Assembly: GCF_963921235.1 (NCBI RefSeq)
Contig: NC_086108.1
Location: 107,386,001-107,450,000 of the forward strand
DNA length: 64,000 bases
Direction: 5' to 3'
Source: Mobula hypostoma
Lineage: Eukaryota
In this document: piece by piece, positions 61,940-64,000 of the stretch
How positions within the stretch are numbered: the first letter of the stretch is position 1
How the letters are laid out: every line of letters begins with the position of its first letter
The notes under the pieces: model-generated
What the model saw: the letters and a program-made list of their open reading frames with translations, nothing else
Databases searched by the model: none
What the model was told of the DNA's origin: nothing
Position numbers and translations under genes: made by a program

Positions 61940-62467
61940 CAAGCTTAGCTGTCCATCATCTCCAATGATGACAGGAGACCTGTGTGAGAGGGTGTTTAAA
62001 GTGGAAGAGACAATGCACTTGGGTAGTTCCACTCGCTTGACCTTGGAAGTCCAGATCCAGTGAGATGACTTATCATCACAAACTGGGATCTTCCTTGGTT
62101 GCAGTGGATGACCATGATGTCCTCAGTGCTATGTCATACCCTTCGCTCACTATGAAGCACCGCAGAACCACTTTCCTGGCTGTTGGATCTCACTTTTGAT
62201 CCCATCTGCCCAGTCCACCAGAGCTGACTTTACATGCTAAGACAGCCATGTTGTTATCTTACCGGGATATGAGGCTCACCTGCTTTAACCCACCTGTCAA
62301 ACTGGTGTACCGGTGTTTGGCCACTGTCACATACAAACAGCTACTTGGAGCCACAGGTAAGAGCTGAGTGTCTGATGGGGAGCAAAGGTGAGTGAGGTGC
62401 CCCAGAGTGGACACAGCAAACCTTTTCACCAGAGGTGCTACCCCAGCCTGGAAAATTCATACACCCC
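61940..62467 (-). mobile_element. Older copy of the HDV-headed retroposon (family C)
   Basis: Reverse strand starts GGGGTGTAT and contains CTCAGCTCTTACCTGTGGCTCCAAGTAGCTGTTTGTATGTGACAGTGGCC...TTAAAGCAGGTGAG and TGGTCATCCACTGCA, as in 36356-36920. Confidence 0.8.
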
Positions 62468-63177
62468 AATGCCACCACAGAGCCAACAGTCTATAATACT
62501 CAGATTTAAGTTAATAAACTAGTTTCTGTATGGTATGCAAGGAGGACTTTCTGCCCTTCAAATTAATGCTGGCTCTCAGAGCAGCCCTGTCAGTCCCACA
62601 CCATCTGCAGCATCATGTGCAATAGACCAAGGAGTCATTCTCTCTCAAGGCACTATGGTTTGGTAGGGCAGGTGACCGTAGGAAACTGAAGAGAGTTGTG
62701 GACTCAGCTCAGCAGATCACTGAAATCAGCCTTCCCTTTGTAGATGAAGTCCACAGAGGAGAGGCTATGACTGGTGTGGGTGTGGTCTTTGATTATAATG
62801 GCTAGTTACTGAGACTATACAATATTTCTTGCTACATCAGTAAAGCATTCAGCATAATCAAAGACCGCACCTCTTCTCCCTTCTTCCATTGGGCAGAGGA
62901 GAAAAAAGCCTGAAAGCATGTACCACCAGGCTCAAAGACAGCTCCTACCCACTGTTATCAGGTTCTTGATTGGACCTTGTTTGATAAATTGGACCCTTGA
63001 CCTCACAATCAATGTCATTATAAAATTGCACTTTATCATTTACCTACACTGCTTCTTTTCTATAGCTTTTACACTTTATTCTGCATTGTTATTGTTTTTT
63101 TTACTGTATTCTAGCATGCACGGTGTAATAATTTGATCTGTGTGAACAGTGTGACAAGACAAGCTTTTCATTGTATC

Positions 63178-63535
63178 ATCATTACGTGCTGTGTCGTGTG
63201 GTGTGGGTGATCATGGTCTATAAGCCCGATTGTTCTTGGCAAATCTTTCTACAGAAGTGGTTTGCCGTTGCTTTCTTCTGGGCAGAGACTCTACAAGATG
63301 GGTGACCCCAGCCAATATTAATACTCTTCAGAGGTTGTCTGCCTGGCATCAGTGGACACATAACCAGGACTTGTGATATGCACCAACTGCTCATATGACC
63401 ATCCACCACCTGATCCCGTGGCTTCACATGACCCTGATCGGGGGCGGGGGGGCGCGAAGCAGGTGCTACACCTTGTCCAAGGGTGACCTGCAGGCTAGCC
63501 TTACATCTCCTTTGGAAAATACATATTTCCACCAC
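63178..63535 (-). mobile_element. Non-autonomous RTE-tailed retroposon (family A), second copy
   Basis: Colinear similarity to 7812-8198. Confidence 0.7.
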
Positions 63536-63565
63536 ACTACATTTCTTGGTACACATGACACTGCA

Positions 63566-64000
63566 TCTGTGAGTCGGCTGGGGTGATATACTGCGGCCGG
63601 TGGTCCCAATATGGCCTTCTATATATTGGCAAGAACTGACGCAGACTGGGAGACCACTTTGCTGAACACCTACGCTCTGCCCGCCAGAGAAAGCAGGATC
63701 TCCCAGTGGCCACACATTTTAATTCCACATCCCATTCCCATTCTGACATGTCTATCCATGGCCTCCTCTACTGTAAAGATGAAGCCACACTCAGGTTGGA
63801 GGAACAACACCTTATATTCCGTCTGGGTAGCCTCCAACCTGATGGCATGAACATTGACTTCTCTAACTTCCGCTAATGTTCCAGCTCCCTCTCACACCCC
63901 ATCCGTTATTTATTTTTATACACACATTCTTTCTCTCACTCTCCTTTTTCTCCCTCTGTCCCTCTGACTATACCTCTTGCCCATCCTCTGGCTCCCCCCC
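63566..64000 (+). mobile_element. Penelope-like element GIY-YIG end and start of terminal repeat (runs off the window)
   Basis: GVIYC...LLYIG...RRLGDHFAEHLRS...LEEQHLIFRLGSLQPDGMNIDF. Confidence 0.9.

Overview
Eukaryotic, repeat-saturated vertebrate DNA. The repeat spectrum (CR1/HER1-type LINEs, Rex1/Babar-type LINEs, Penelope-like elements, HE1/V-SINEs, DeuSINEs, Tc1 and pogo-type relics) points to a cartilaginous fish, probably a ray; this is an inference. Almost all listed ORFs are broken transposon fragments, and nested insertions with readable target-site duplications (TSDs) are common. No complete host gene is visible. The best host candidate is a possible start-codon exon near 47.3-47.5 kb (+), so the window is probably intronic or intergenic. 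The most interesting signal is RNA structure: three classes of self-cleaving ribozyme motif sit on different retroelements. (1) A 565-bp non-coding, TSD-flanked retroposon (36356-36920) starts exactly at G1 of a complete HDV-like fold, which carries an unusual hairpin inserted in L3; an older copy lies at about 61.94-62.47 kb (-). (2) Penelope terminal repeats carry minimal type I hammerheads, intact at 36141-36176 (+) and 25228-25263 (-). (3) A short RTE-tailed element begins with a degenerate twister-like motif (51569-51617). Family names come from recalled motifs, not database searches. Boundaries are approximate unless a TSD is quoted.
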